Positions 6,608 through 15,905 of a DNA stretch of 20,000 nucleotides are shown here, piece by piece. Each line of letters starts with the position of its first letter. Position 1 is the first letter of the stretch. The stretch is taken from IMG/VR virus record IMGVR_UViG_3300020727_000702. One strand, 5' to 3'. This DNA comes from an uncultured virus (IMG/VR IMGVR_UViG_3300020727_000702) (Duplodnaviria; Heunggongvirae; Uroviricota; Caudoviricetes). Both the position numbers and the translations under genes were made by a program. Below the pieces are notes generated by a model that saw only the letters and a program-made list of their open reading frames with translations, was not told the origin of the DNA and searched no databases.

Positions 6608-9265
6608 TTGAGTTATGTAGATTGTCTATACGATCGCGAACATGATCGTATCCATGTTGTAGAACGTGTCAACGGCGAACGTGTTTACAAAGAATATCCA
6701 GCTGATTATATCTTTTACTACAACGATCCGCGTGGTAAATTTACTTCAATATATGGCACTCCTGTTGCTCGTTTTTCCAGTCGCAACGCCAAAGAGTTTC
6801 GAAAAGAAGTTGCTATCCAACGTGGCAAACAACTTTATGAATCGGATATCAATCCTATATTCCGTTGTTTAGAAGAAAACTATAAAGGCAAAGATGCTCC
6901 TGAGCTTCAAACAGCGTTTTTTGACATTGAAGTAGACTTCCACAAAGACAAAGGATTTTCTCCTACCACTGATCCGTTCAACGCCATTACTGCCATTTCA
7001 GTTTACCTACAATGGATGAATCAACTGGTTACTTTAGTTGTTCCGCCCGCACATATGAGTTTGGCAACAGCGCAGGAAGTTGCCGCTGACTTTGAAAATT
7101 GTATTGTGTTCGAGCATGAAGCTGATATGCTTAAAACATTCCTTGACTTAATTGAAGATGCTGATGTTATATCCGGCTGGAATAGTGAAGGATATGACGT
7201 GCCATATACTATCAATCGTATTACTAGAATACTAAGCAAAGACGACACCCGTAGATTTTGTTTATGGGGCCAATACCCTAAACAACGAGAATTCGAACGC
7301 TTTGGCGCCACTAGTACAACTTATGATATTGTTGGTCGTGTACACATGGACTACATGCAATTATATCGCAAATACACATACGAAGAGCGACATAGTTACA
7401 GTTTAGATGCTATTGGTGAATATGAATTAAGTGAAAGTAAAACAGCATACGAAGGTACGCTAGATCAATTATATAATCAAAATTTTAAAAAGTTTATTGA
7501 ATATAATAGACAAGATACATTGTTACTTGACAAGTTAGATAAAAAGTTGCGGTTTATCGAATTAGCAAATGAATTAGCTCACGCCAATACTGTATTACTT
7601 CCAACTACAATGGGAGCGGTGGCTGTAACTGAGCAAGCTATTATTAACGAAGCACATGAACGTGGGCTTGTTGTGCCAAATCGTAAACAAAGATTAACTG
7701 ATGATGAAACTGCGGCTGCTGGTGCCTATGTTGCGTATCCCAAAAAAGGAACACATGAATGGGTAGGTGCTGTAGACATTAACTCTCTATATCCAAGTGC
7801 TATCCGCGCACTAAACATGGGAATGGAAACAGTAGTTGGGCAACTAAGACCTGTAATGACTGAACGTTATATCGACGAATTAGTATCTAAAGGAAAAACA
7901 TTTGCCGCGGCTTGGGAAGGTGTATTTGCCAGTTTGGAATATACAGCAATCATGGAACAACAGCGTGGCACTGAAATTACTATTGACTGGCAGGACGGGG
8001 AACATTCAGTACATTCTGCTTCTGAAATATGGGAAATGATTTTTAATAGTAATCAACCTTGGATGTTAACAGCCAATGGCACTATCGTTACTTACGAAAA
8101 GAAAGGTGTCGTTCCTGGATTATTAGAGCGTTGGTATGCCGAACGAAAAGAAATGCAAGAAAAGAAAAAAGAAGCTACCGATCCTAAAGAAATTGCATTT
8201 TGGGATAAACGACAACTTGTAAAAAAGATTAACTTGAATAGCCTATACGGGGCAATTCTTAATCCGCATTGTAGATTTGCGGACAAACGTATTGGACAAT
8301 CAACCACATTATCTGGACGCAGTATTGCTCGGCATATGGCAGGTTATATCAACGAATGTATTACCGGCAAGTTTGATCATTTGGGTGATGCTATTGTATA
8401 TGGCGATACAGACTCGTGTTATTTTAGTGCCTGGCCCGTTCTCAAAAAAGAAGTTGCGGCAGGCAATATGGAATGGAGCAAAGAAATTTGTATTCAATTA
8501 TATGATTCAATTGCTGAACAAGTAAATTTATCGTTTCCAGCATTTATGGAACAAGCGTTCCACTGCCCTAGAGAAGCTGGTGAATTAATCAAAGCCGGTA
8601 GAGAATTAATAGCATCTAACAGTTTGTTCATTACTAAAAAACGTTATGCTGTATTAATTTATGATTTAGAAAATAAACGTCTTGACATTAATGGGTCACA
8701 TGGCAAAATTAAAGCTATGGGCTTAGATTTAAAACGAAGCGATACACCAAAAGTTATTCAAGAATTTTTGTATGAAATTTTAGAAAAAGTATTGACAGGT
8801 ACTACGAGAGATGAAATCGTAGACCGTATTCGAGAATTTAAATATGCGTTTGCTGAGCGTCCAGCCTGGGAAAAAGGAACTCCTAAACGTGTCAACAATT
8901 TAACCAAATATGGAAAAGCCGAAGAAGCTGAAGGCAAAGCAAATATGCCAGGGCATGTTCGAGCAGCATTGAACTGGAACAATATGCGTCGCATGAACAG
9001 CGACAATTATTCTATTGCGGTAGTTGACGGAATGAAAACCATTGTGTGTAAATTAAAACCCAATCCCATGGGATGGACTAGTATTGGATACCCAACTGAC
9101 GAACAACGATTACCGGATTGGTTTAAAGAATTACCCTTTGACGATGGATTAATGGAAGCTACTATTGTAGATCAAAAAATTGACAATTTATTAAGTGTAT
9201 TAAACTGGGATTTAGCAAGTGCTACTAACACAGAAAATACATTCCAAACATTATTCGAGTTCTAA
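6608..9265 (+). CDS. Family B DNA polymerase (T4 gp43-like) with 3'-5' exonuclease
   Basis: ExoI FDIEVD, ExoII GWNSEGYDVPY, ExoIII YNRQD; polymerase motifs DINSLYPS, KKINLNSLYG, YGDTDS and KKRYA. Hydrophobic clamp-binding-type C-terminus FQTLFEF. Confidence 0.97.
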   Translation: MSYVDCLYDREHDRIHVVERVNGERVYKEYPADYIFYYNDPRGKFTSIYGTPVARFSSRNAKEFRKEVAIQRGKQLYESDINPIFRCLEENYKGKDAPELQTAFFDIEVDFHKDKGFSPTTDPFNAITAISVYLQWMNQLVTLVVPPAHMSLATAQEVAADFENCIVFEHEADMLKTFLDLIEDADVISGWNSEGYDVPYTINRITRILSKDDTRRFCLWGQYPKQREFERFGATSTTYDIVGRVHMDYMQLYRKYTYEERHSYSLDAIGEYELSESKTAYEGTLDQLYNQNFKKFIEYNRQDTLLLDKLDKKLRFIELANELAHANTVLLPTTMGAVAVTEQAIINEAHERGLVVPNRKQRLTDDETAAAGAYVAYPKKGTHEWVGAVDINSLYPSAIRALNMGMETVVGQLRPVMTERYIDELVSKGKTFAAAWEGVFASLEYTAIMEQQRGTEITIDWQDGEHSVHSASEIWEMIFNSNQPWMLTANGTIVTYEKKGVVPGLLERWYAERKEMQEKKKEATDPKEIAFWDKRQLVKKINLNSLYGAILNPHCRFADKRIGQSTTLSGRSIARHMAGYINECITGKFDHLGDAIVYGDTDSCYFSAWPVLKKEVAAGNMEWSKEICIQLYDSIAEQVNLSFPAFMEQAFHCPREAGELIKAGRELIASNSLFITKKRYAVLIYDLENKRLDINGSHGKIKAMGLDLKRSDTPKVIQEFLYEILEKVLTGTTRDEIVDRIREFKYAFAERPAWEKGTPKRVNNLTKYGKAEEAEGKANMPGHVRAALNWNNMRRMNSDNYSIAVVDGMKTIVCKLKPNPMGWTSIGYPTDEQRLPDWFKELPFDDGLMEATIVDQKIDNLLSVLNWDLASATNTENTFQTLFEF

Positions 9266-10183
9266 ATGCCTTTAAGCGATATTGTACTTGTAAAAACACA
9301 ATTAGATAAATTATCGGCTATTCCAATTCAAAAAGTAGCTGTTCATTCATTAAATGAAATTACACAATTATCCAACAGACTGAATGATACAAAACAAACC
9401 ATAGAACAAGCATTTGATAATTTTGAACATGAGCTTGACCAAGTTAAATTAGGAATAAAAAAAGACATAGAAGAAAGTGAAAAACACTGGTTTCAAGAAA
9501 GTTATAAATCTTATAAAGAAGTAATTGAATGGGAGTTATCTGAAGATCCTGATACTATATTTAAAATTAGAAAAGGGTATGTTGAGGATATGGAATTGTT
9601 GCGTAGTAGATTACGATTATACGTAGATTGGAAATATGCCGCTATCGTTATTCATCCAGGACAAGAAGAATTTATAGAAGATATGGTAGGATTTGATCCA
9701 TTATACATAATAGACGTAAAACACGATTTACTGTTATCAGCATTAGGAAAATTCCCTGAACAATATCAAAATCGATTACGCTCTTATACCATTACTGAAA
9801 ATTTTGATAAAGATATTTTAGATAAGATACCCGATAGTCAATTTGGGTTATGTTTGGCCTATAATTATTTAAATTATCGTCCGTTTGAAATGATAAAAAA
9901 ATATTTAATTGAAATTTATCAAAAACTCAAACCAGGCGGAACATTTATCTTAACTTTTAACGATTGTGATAAAACAAGTGCTGTTAAACTAGTAGAAAAA
10001 AATGAACGGCCTTACACACCAGGGCATTTGATTAAAAGTTTTGCTGGGAGTTTAGGATACCAAATTGTATATACTGACAATACCGACCAAGCCAGTACTT
10101 GGTTAGAATTGTGTAAACCTGGTGAATTAACAACAATAAAAGGTGGTCAAAGTTTGGCAGAAATAGTTTCAAAACCGTTGTAA
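9266..10183 (+). CDS. Class I SAM-dependent methyltransferase-fold protein with N-terminal coiled coil
   Basis: IPDSQFGLCLAYNYLNY...YLIEIYQKLKPGGTFILTF is typical of class I MTases. Motif I is degenerate (IHPGQE). Confidence 0.6.
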   Translation: MPLSDIVLVKTQLDKLSAIPIQKVAVHSLNEITQLSNRLNDTKQTIEQAFDNFEHELDQVKLGIKKDIEESEKHWFQESYKSYKEVIEWELSEDPDTIFKIRKGYVEDMELLRSRLRLYVDWKYAAIVIHPGQEEFIEDMVGFDPLYIIDVKHDLLLSALGKFPEQYQNRLRSYTITENFDKDILDKIPDSQFGLCLAYNYLNYRPFEMIKKYLIEIYQKLKPGGTFILTFNDCDKTSAVKLVEKNERPYTPGHLIKSFAGSLGYQIVYTDNTDQASTWLELCKPGELTTIKGGQSLAEIVSKPL

Positions 10184-10206
10184 AATCTAAATAAAGCTGT
10201 TATACT
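10178..10206 (+). promoter_or_regulatory. Sigma70-type promoter with embedded TAAATA
   Basis: TTGTAA-N17-TATACT with extended TG. TAAATA lies at 10188-10193. Confidence 0.6.
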
Positions 10207-10232
10207 ATTAACATTACATAAAGGAAATATAA

Positions 10233-10955
10233 ATGCGTGATAATCTTTTGGACTTAGTTAGTCATACTTTTGACTTGGGTTGTATTGATCAAGTTAAAGT
10301 TGTTGGAACTGATAAAGAAACAAGCATCAGTGGTTTAGCTGAAGACCGTTCAGTTGTAGTAGAGGGAACTTTGTCTAACCCAGTGGCTGAATTTATTGGT
10401 ACATTTGGCATGCCAAATTTATCCAAACTTAAAATTCTTTTGAACTTACAAGAATATAAGGAAAATGCCAAGTTAACCATTAATCGTAAAGATACTGGTG
10501 CTCCAGATCAACTTAACTTTGAAAATAAATCTGGTGACTTTAAAAATAGCTATCGTTTTATGGCGGCAGAAGTTGCCAATGAGCGTATTAAAACTGTTAA
10601 ATTTAAAGGTGCTAAATGGAATATTGAATTTGAGCCAACAACGGCTGCGATTCAGCGTTTGAAAATGCAAGCGGCTGCTAATTCAGAAGAAAATAATTTT
10701 CAAGCTAAAACAGAAGATGGCGACTTAAAGTTTTACTTTGGCGACCATTCAACTCACGCTGGTAATTTTGTATTTCAAACTAACGTAGAAGGCACACTTA
10801 AACGTGCTTGGTCTTGGCCAGTTAAAACTGTGATTGGCATTCTTGATTTGTATGGCGATAAAGTTATGCGCATTAGTGATGATGGAGCGGCACAGATTAC
10901 TGTTGATTCTGGGCTTGCTGTTTACAACTTTATTTTACCAGCACAATCTAAGTGA
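10233..10955 (+). CDS. DNA polymerase sliding clamp (gp45/PCNA-like)
   Basis: 240 aa with the alternating beta/alpha pattern of clamps. FGMPNLSKLKILL resembles gp45 FxIYDLNxFL, and the C-terminus is YNFILPAQ. Located near the polymerase. Confidence 0.65.
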   Translation: MRDNLLDLVSHTFDLGCIDQVKVVGTDKETSISGLAEDRSVVVEGTLSNPVAEFIGTFGMPNLSKLKILLNLQEYKENAKLTINRKDTGAPDQLNFENKSGDFKNSYRFMAAEVANERIKTVKFKGAKWNIEFEPTTAAIQRLKMQAAANSEENNFQAKTEDGDLKFYFGDHSTHAGNFVFQTNVEGTLKRAWSWPVKTVIGILDLYGDKVMRISDDGAAQITVDSGLAVYNFILPAQSK

Positions 10956-12676
10956 TCAAAGAAAACACCCCAACACCTGAACCAATAGTACAGGACGATC
11001 TTACTGCCAAGCAGTCGGACTATGCATTGTTCCTTCCGGCTCTTAGCGGCTTCTATGGTACTTTTATTGGCAAACAGCGTAGTGGACCTTTTGTAGCTCC
11101 TACTCGTATGCCTGCAAAGATCAAAGATATGGAAATGCTTAACTGGTTAAACAAACAAAAAGGATTATTTCCATACAAGTGGAGTTTGTATTCGGCTGGT
11201 CATGCCAACTTAGATCTCACTAAGCAAGATTGGAACGAAGATATGATACGAAATCGTGACCGTGCTAATACATTTGTATTGGGTGATTCGGGTGGTTTCC
11301 AAATTGGTAAAGGTGTGTGGGCCGGTGAATGGCGTGATCCCAATGGACCAGAAGTTCGAGCTAAGATGGCAGAAGCTCAAGCTAAAGGCATTGAACAAGT
11401 TCCTGCGCTTAAACCAGATGGCACACCCAAACATGATAAAAATGGTAACACCAAGTACACTAAAATTGATCACGTAAAAGATTATCAAAACAAATTAGAT
11501 GCGGCACAGAAAAAACGTGAAGCGGTCCTCACTTGGATGGATGGTATTATGGACTATGGCATGGTTCTTGATATCCCGGCTTGGGTAGAACGCAGTCCGG
11601 CGGGTCGTAAAGCAACAGGTATTGAATCATATCAACAAGCGGTTGAAGCTACCAAATATAACAACGAATACTTTATTAAACATCGCAATGGTAACTGTAA
11701 GTTTTTAAATGTACTACAAGGTGAGAATCACGCACAAGCAGATGACTGGTATGCACAAATGAAAGACTTTTGCGATCCAAACATCTACGGTGATAAAGCA
11801 TTTAATGGTTGGGCCATGGGCGGCCAGAATATGTGTGATGTAGACTTAGTCTTGCGGAGATTGGTAGCCTTGAAGTTTGATGGATTGCTTAAAGAAGGGC
11901 AACACGATTGGATGCATTTCTTAGGCACAAGTAAATTAGAATGGGCATTACTATTAACAGATATTCAGCGTGCCATTCGCAAGTATGTAAACCCAAGTTT
12001 TACTATATCGTTTGACTGTGCCAGTCCATTTTTGGCAACTGCTAACGGTCAAGTGTATCATCAAATAGATATTGAAGACAGACAAAAGTGGTGTTATCGT
12101 ATGAGTTTTATTGCTGACAATAAAAAGTACTCCACTGATACACGTTCATACCGCGATGCTGTGCTACAAGATGGATTAATTGGTCATTTTGATGATAGTC
12201 CTGTTAGTAAAAATTTACAAATTAAAGATGTTTGTTATTATCAACCAGGAATGCTAAACAAAATTGGTAAAGAAGGTAAAACCTCTTGGGATTCGTTTAG
12301 TTACGCATTACTAATGAGTCACAATGTTTGGTTGCATTTAGAATCGGTACAACGTGCTAATCGAGAATACGATGCTGGCAAATGTCCCAATATGCTTGTA
12401 GATGAACGCTTTGATACTGTATACTTTAAAGATGTAATAGAAGCTATATTTTCTGCTCCAGATCGCGAAACTGCCATTGCTATTATTGATTTGTATGATA
12501 AGTTTTGGCAAAGCATTATTGGCACCCGCGGGGCTACAGGCAAAAAAACTGTTAATGCTAGTACCATGTTTAGCAATTTATTTGCTGCAGAAGAACCAGA
12601 GCCAGATGAACATTATCTTGATGATTCTGGATTAGATGAATCTAAACTTGATGAATTGGAAAATAGTAATGCCTAA
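10952..12676 (+). CDS. dpdA: DpdA/TGT-like 7-deazaguanine transglycosylase
   Basis: TGT-barrel motifs in the correct order: LGDSGGFQ (catalytic Asp), MVLDIP, NVLQG, GWAMGG, MHFLG, SFDCASP (second catalytic Asp). Clustered with folE and queD. The GTG start overlaps the clamp stop. Confidence 0.8.
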   Translation: MIKENTPTPEPIVQDDLTAKQSDYALFLPALSGFYGTFIGKQRSGPFVAPTRMPAKIKDMEMLNWLNKQKGLFPYKWSLYSAGHANLDLTKQDWNEDMIRNRDRANTFVLGDSGGFQIGKGVWAGEWRDPNGPEVRAKMAEAQAKGIEQVPALKPDGTPKHDKNGNTKYTKIDHVKDYQNKLDAAQKKREAVLTWMDGIMDYGMVLDIPAWVERSPAGRKATGIESYQQAVEATKYNNEYFIKHRNGNCKFLNVLQGENHAQADDWYAQMKDFCDPNIYGDKAFNGWAMGGQNMCDVDLVLRRLVALKFDGLLKEGQHDWMHFLGTSKLEWALLLTDIQRAIRKYVNPSFTISFDCASPFLATANGQVYHQIDIEDRQKWCYRMSFIADNKKYSTDTRSYRDAVLQDGLIGHFDDSPVSKNLQIKDVCYYQPGMLNKIGKEGKTSWDSFSYALLMSHNVWLHLESVQRANREYDAGKCPNMLVDERFDTVYFKDVIEAIFSAPDRETAIAIIDLYDKFWQSIIGTRGATGKKTVNASTMFSNLFAAEEPEPDEHYLDDSGLDESKLDELENSNA

Positions 12677-12848
12677 CACTCGACTTAAAAAATTAGAAGA
12701 AGAACATATAGCACTCAACAAACGAATTGATGGTTTGGAAAGTACAGGCGTGTTTGATGATGTAACCCTTGAAGTTTTAAAAAAACAAAAATTACATTTG
12801 CGTGATAAAATTCTTAAATTAAAATATAACCACGAGTCCAACGATTAA
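12669..12848 (+). CDS. DUF465/YdcH-like small coiled-coil protein
   Basis: The likely start is ATG 12669 rather than 12636. RLKKLEEEHIALNKRI...LKKQKLHLRDKI matches the DUF465 pattern. Confidence 0.7.
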   Translation: MPNTRLKKLEEEHIALNKRIDGLESTGVFDDVTLEVLKKQKLHLRDKILKLKYNHESND

Positions 12849-13735
12849 TGAAAAGTCTTATTGTAGGAATGGGTATTGGTCAGTTATACAAACAGGTATT
12901 AACTGAACTTGGACATGAGATTGTAACTGTAGATCCAGATATTAGCCGCGGTGCTGATTTACCATCAGTTATGGCAGCTATTCTTGCTCATGATCGATTT
13001 GATACTGTACATATTTGTACTCCCAACTTTACGCACGAAGAAATAGCAAGACAAGTAGCACCATATAGTCGTGTTGTGTTTATTGAAAAACCAGGATTAG
13101 AATCTACAGTAGCTTGGCTTAATATAACTGAAGACTACCCCAAAACACGTTTTATAATGGTCAAAAATAATATGTGGCGTGATAACTTAGATGAATTGCG
13201 TAGCTATGTTGACAACAGTAATACTATAAAATTTAAATGGATTAACAAAAATCGTATTCCTGGTCCAGGTACTTGGTTTACTACTAAGTCATTAGCATAC
13301 GGCGGAGTTAGTAGAGATTTACTTCCACACTTATTGAGTTTGTACATAGCACTTGACAATAATTGGACTATGACACATGTGACTGGTTATGAATCGCGCC
13401 AAGTACACGCATTAGATACTATTGGTGATACTGAATATGGCGCTGTTGATAAAAACGGCATATACGATGTTGATGATATGTGTAAAATTAAATTTATGAG
13501 TCAACATAAAACTTGGAAATTAGAAGCCAACTGGGCCAGTGGTAAAGAAGACGATCGTGCTATAGAGTTTGAATTAAATGATGGAACAATAAAAAGATTT
13601 GAATTAGGATTATGTCCAGAATCCGCTTATCTAAATATGATTAAAGATGTTGTTGCCAATATTGATAACGATGAGTTTTGGCAAGACCAGTTAACCAAAG
13701 ATTTGTGGATCCATAAAAGAGTAGAAAACATATGA
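12848..13735 (+). CDS. Gfo/Idh/MocA family NAD(P)-dependent oxidoreductase
   Basis: Rossmann LIVGMGIG, HICTPNFTH, VFIEKP, and the catalytic D-x3-H in GGVSRDLLPH. Confidence 0.85.
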   Translation: MKSLIVGMGIGQLYKQVLTELGHEIVTVDPDISRGADLPSVMAAILAHDRFDTVHICTPNFTHEEIARQVAPYSRVVFIEKPGLESTVAWLNITEDYPKTRFIMVKNNMWRDNLDELRSYVDNSNTIKFKWINKNRIPGPGTWFTTKSLAYGGVSRDLLPHLLSLYIALDNNWTMTHVTGYESRQVHALDTIGDTEYGAVDKNGIYDVDDMCKIKFMSQHKTWKLEANWASGKEDDRAIEFELNDGTIKRFELGLCPESAYLNMIKDVVANIDNDEFWQDQLTKDLWIHKRVENI

Positions 13736-14625
13736 GAACTCGAATTTTATATACAGACGGTAAAGGTAAATTTGTAGAAACTATTTACGATAAACCTGAT
13801 TGCGGTGAAAATGAAATTGTAGTCAAGGCTTTAATGACTGGGGTATGTCGATCAGACATTGACATGATGCAGGGTAATTTTGGACCATTGCCACTTGATA
13901 TGAACGGCCACGAAGGCATCGGGGAAGTTATAATTGTTGGGGCAAATGTTAATGATATATCCATAGGAGATTATGTTGCTACCCGTGGGGAACCTGCCTA
14001 TGCTGATTATTACAATGTTAGAGATGGCGAATTTGTTAAAATACCAGAAGCACATCCACGCTACATATTAGAACCTGTGGCTTGTGGTATGAATGTGGTA
14101 CGTCAAGCAAGTAAAGAGATTGAACTACGCTCAGGTCCAGGTAAAAAATTATTGATACTAGGTAGTGGATTCTTGGCATGGGTAGCTTATCATACATTAA
14201 AGATTGAAGGTTACGATATAGAAGTTGATGTAGTAGGATCATCTAACATAGATATTTGGGGTGACATACTATTACTAGGTACAACTGAAAAATATGATGT
14301 AGTCATAGATCTCAGCGGAAAAGATGATGTATTCAATGGTGATTTATTAAACGAAGGCGCATTAATCATTATGGGTGCGCAAAAGAAAGTTACTACAGAT
14401 TTTGGTAATTTACTTTGGAAAGCCTGTACAATGATATTTCCAAGCCCTAGAAATCCAGATTTCCTTTATGCTATGAAACGAGCAGAATATTGGATAACTT
14501 CTGGTAAACTAAATGTTGATTATTTTTGGACCAGAAGTTATAATAGAAATACAGAATGGCAACAAGCCTTCGACGATGGCTTAAATCGTCCTAACAATTA
14601 TAGCCGCGGCTACATTGTTTGGTAA
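13732..14625 (+). CDS. Zn-dependent medium-chain (alcohol/polyol) dehydrogenase
   Basis: GVCRSD, GHEGIG, LEPVAC and ILGSGFLA motifs. It lacks the 4-Cys structural Zn lobe. ATGA overlap with the upstream gene. Confidence 0.85.
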   Translation: MRTRILYTDGKGKFVETIYDKPDCGENEIVVKALMTGVCRSDIDMMQGNFGPLPLDMNGHEGIGEVIIVGANVNDISIGDYVATRGEPAYADYYNVRDGEFVKIPEAHPRYILEPVACGMNVVRQASKEIELRSGPGKKLLILGSGFLAWVAYHTLKIEGYDIEVDVVGSSNIDIWGDILLLGTTEKYDVVIDLSGKDDVFNGDLLNEGALIIMGAQKKVTTDFGNLLWKACTMIFPSPRNPDFLYAMKRAEYWITSGKLNVDYFWTRSYNRNTEWQQAFDDGLNRPNNYSRGYIVW

Positions 14626-14630
14626 ATTAA

Positions 14631-15146
14631 ATGTTAGATACAAATGAACGACAAGCGGTAACTTATTTTGTAGGGTATGAAGTAGAACATACTATTTGTC
14701 ATGGTATGAAAACACTATTTGTAGTTGGTACACCTCCTGTTGATGAAATATTAGACAAAGCCAAAGCCAACGATTGCAAACATATCTATTTTGGAACTAG
14801 TCAAAGTTTTAACCCGGTCGCTGTATCGCATGAAGAATATAGAGCATGGGATTTAGTAATTGTTTCCTGTTTAGAGGCAGACTACTGGGTAACACTAGAT
14901 TTTGATGTTAAACACGCAGAAGGTATACTTGAATCTAGTTACTGCGAATATCAAAAGTTTGTTCCTATGATTAGCGTAAAACTTCCTTATATTAATCAAT
15001 TTAATTACAACGCTACAATTAAATTAGATGATTTAACTTGGGGCAAAACTAACCCTGGTGTTTGGACACATCAGCTCAATGAATTAATGACTAAAAACAA
15101 ATATACATATTGGGATCAATATACTCAAGATGAGGAAATCAAATAA
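14631..15146 (+). CDS. Hypothetical protein within the modification cluster
   Basis: 171 aa ORF, tightly packed in the operon, globular alpha/beta appearance, no recognised family. Confidence 0.7.
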   Translation: MLDTNERQAVTYFVGYEVEHTICHGMKTLFVVGTPPVDEILDKAKANDCKHIYFGTSQSFNPVAVSHEEYRAWDLVIVSCLEADYWVTLDFDVKHAEGILESSYCEYQKFVPMISVKLPYINQFNYNATIKLDDLTWGKTNPGVWTHQLNELMTKNKYTYWDQYTQDEEIK

Positions 15147-15442
15147 TGTTACCACGTAAATGGAGACTCGCTATGTTAAACTGGCTCGGTGCTGGCTACA
15201 TGACTATAGAAAAAAACGACGATTTTGACTCTATTGCGATTGAAGATTGTTCAGGCCCATCAATTGAAATTGAGGGATTGACTTTTAATGTAATGCCGGC
15301 ACAAGGAGGTACTATTGTACAACTTCGCAAGTATGATGACAAGCTCAATCGTAATAGTTATTCCACGCATATTATCGCAGAAGGCGAAGATGTGGCAGAA
15401 ACAATTGGTAAAATCGTAGCAATAGAACTTTGGAAGGCTTAA
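15146..15442 (+). CDS. Hypothetical protein
   Basis: 98 aa ORF coupled to its neighbours (TAATG overlap). Confidence 0.65.
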   Translation: MLPRKWRLAMLNWLGAGYMTIEKNDDFDSIAIEDCSGPSIEIEGLTFNVMPAQGGTIVQLRKYDDKLNRNSYSTHIIAEGEDVAETIGKIVAIELWKA

Positions 15443-15443
15443 C

Positions 15444-15896
15444 ATGGATCAAAGACAACAGATATTAGCAGAAACAGCTATTCGTATTATGGAAAAAGCT
15501 GAACGTAAAATTTGGGTTACGTTTCGCAAAGAAGGGATGCATCGCTATCCAGCGGCAGCCACAGATCCAAACTTATGTACAGCGGGAGAATATGATGTAT
15601 CGTTCCTTGCTAACGCTCACCGCCATATTTTTCATTTCAGGGTCTGGATTGATGTGTTCCATAATGATCGCGATTTGGAGTTCATACAATGTAAACGCTG
15701 GTTAGAAAGTTTGTATAGCAAAGATATTTTAGAACTCGATTTTAAGTCATGTGAAATGATAGCCGATGACTTGTATGTACAAATAGCCGCCAGGTATCCT
15801 GAACGTGCTGTATGGATTGAAGTAGCCGAAGATGGTGAGAACGGTTGCCTCATAAAGTATGAACTTTCTCGCCCAACAAATAGTATTAAATTTTAA
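15444..15896 (+). CDS. QueD-paralogous T-fold protein, DpdL-like (putative CDG decarboxylase)
   Basis: EGMH...FLANAHRHIF (LxxxHRHxF)...SCEMIA...IEVAEDGENG. It has PTPS/QueD-type topology but lacks the QueD catalytic Cys-x3-HGH. Confidence 0.65.
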   Translation: MDQRQQILAETAIRIMEKAERKIWVTFRKEGMHRYPAAATDPNLCTAGEYDVSFLANAHRHIFHFRVWIDVFHNDRDLEFIQCKRWLESLYSKDILELDFKSCEMIADDLYVQIAARYPERAVWIEVAEDGENGCLIKYELSRPTNSIKF

Positions 15897-15905
15897 GGAA
15901 ATATA

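Noticed and set aside
7830..8075. Extra segment after polymerase motif A, possible intein or intron
   Set aside because: The frame is continuous, the segment is short, and it lacks the Cys/Ser start, His-Asn end and LAGLIDADG motifs. It is a lineage-specific insertion at most.
12636..12668. ORF-track start at 12636 for the DUF465 gene
   Set aside because: It overlaps the dpdA tail extensively. ATG 12669 gives a typical domain length and a short overlap.
10952..12676. Calling this a canonical bacterial tRNA-guanine transglycosylase (tgt)
   Set aside because: It lacks the C-x-C-x2-C zinc site of bacterial Tgt, is much longer, and sits in a DNA replication context. DpdA-like is preferred, though a tRNA target is not formally excluded.
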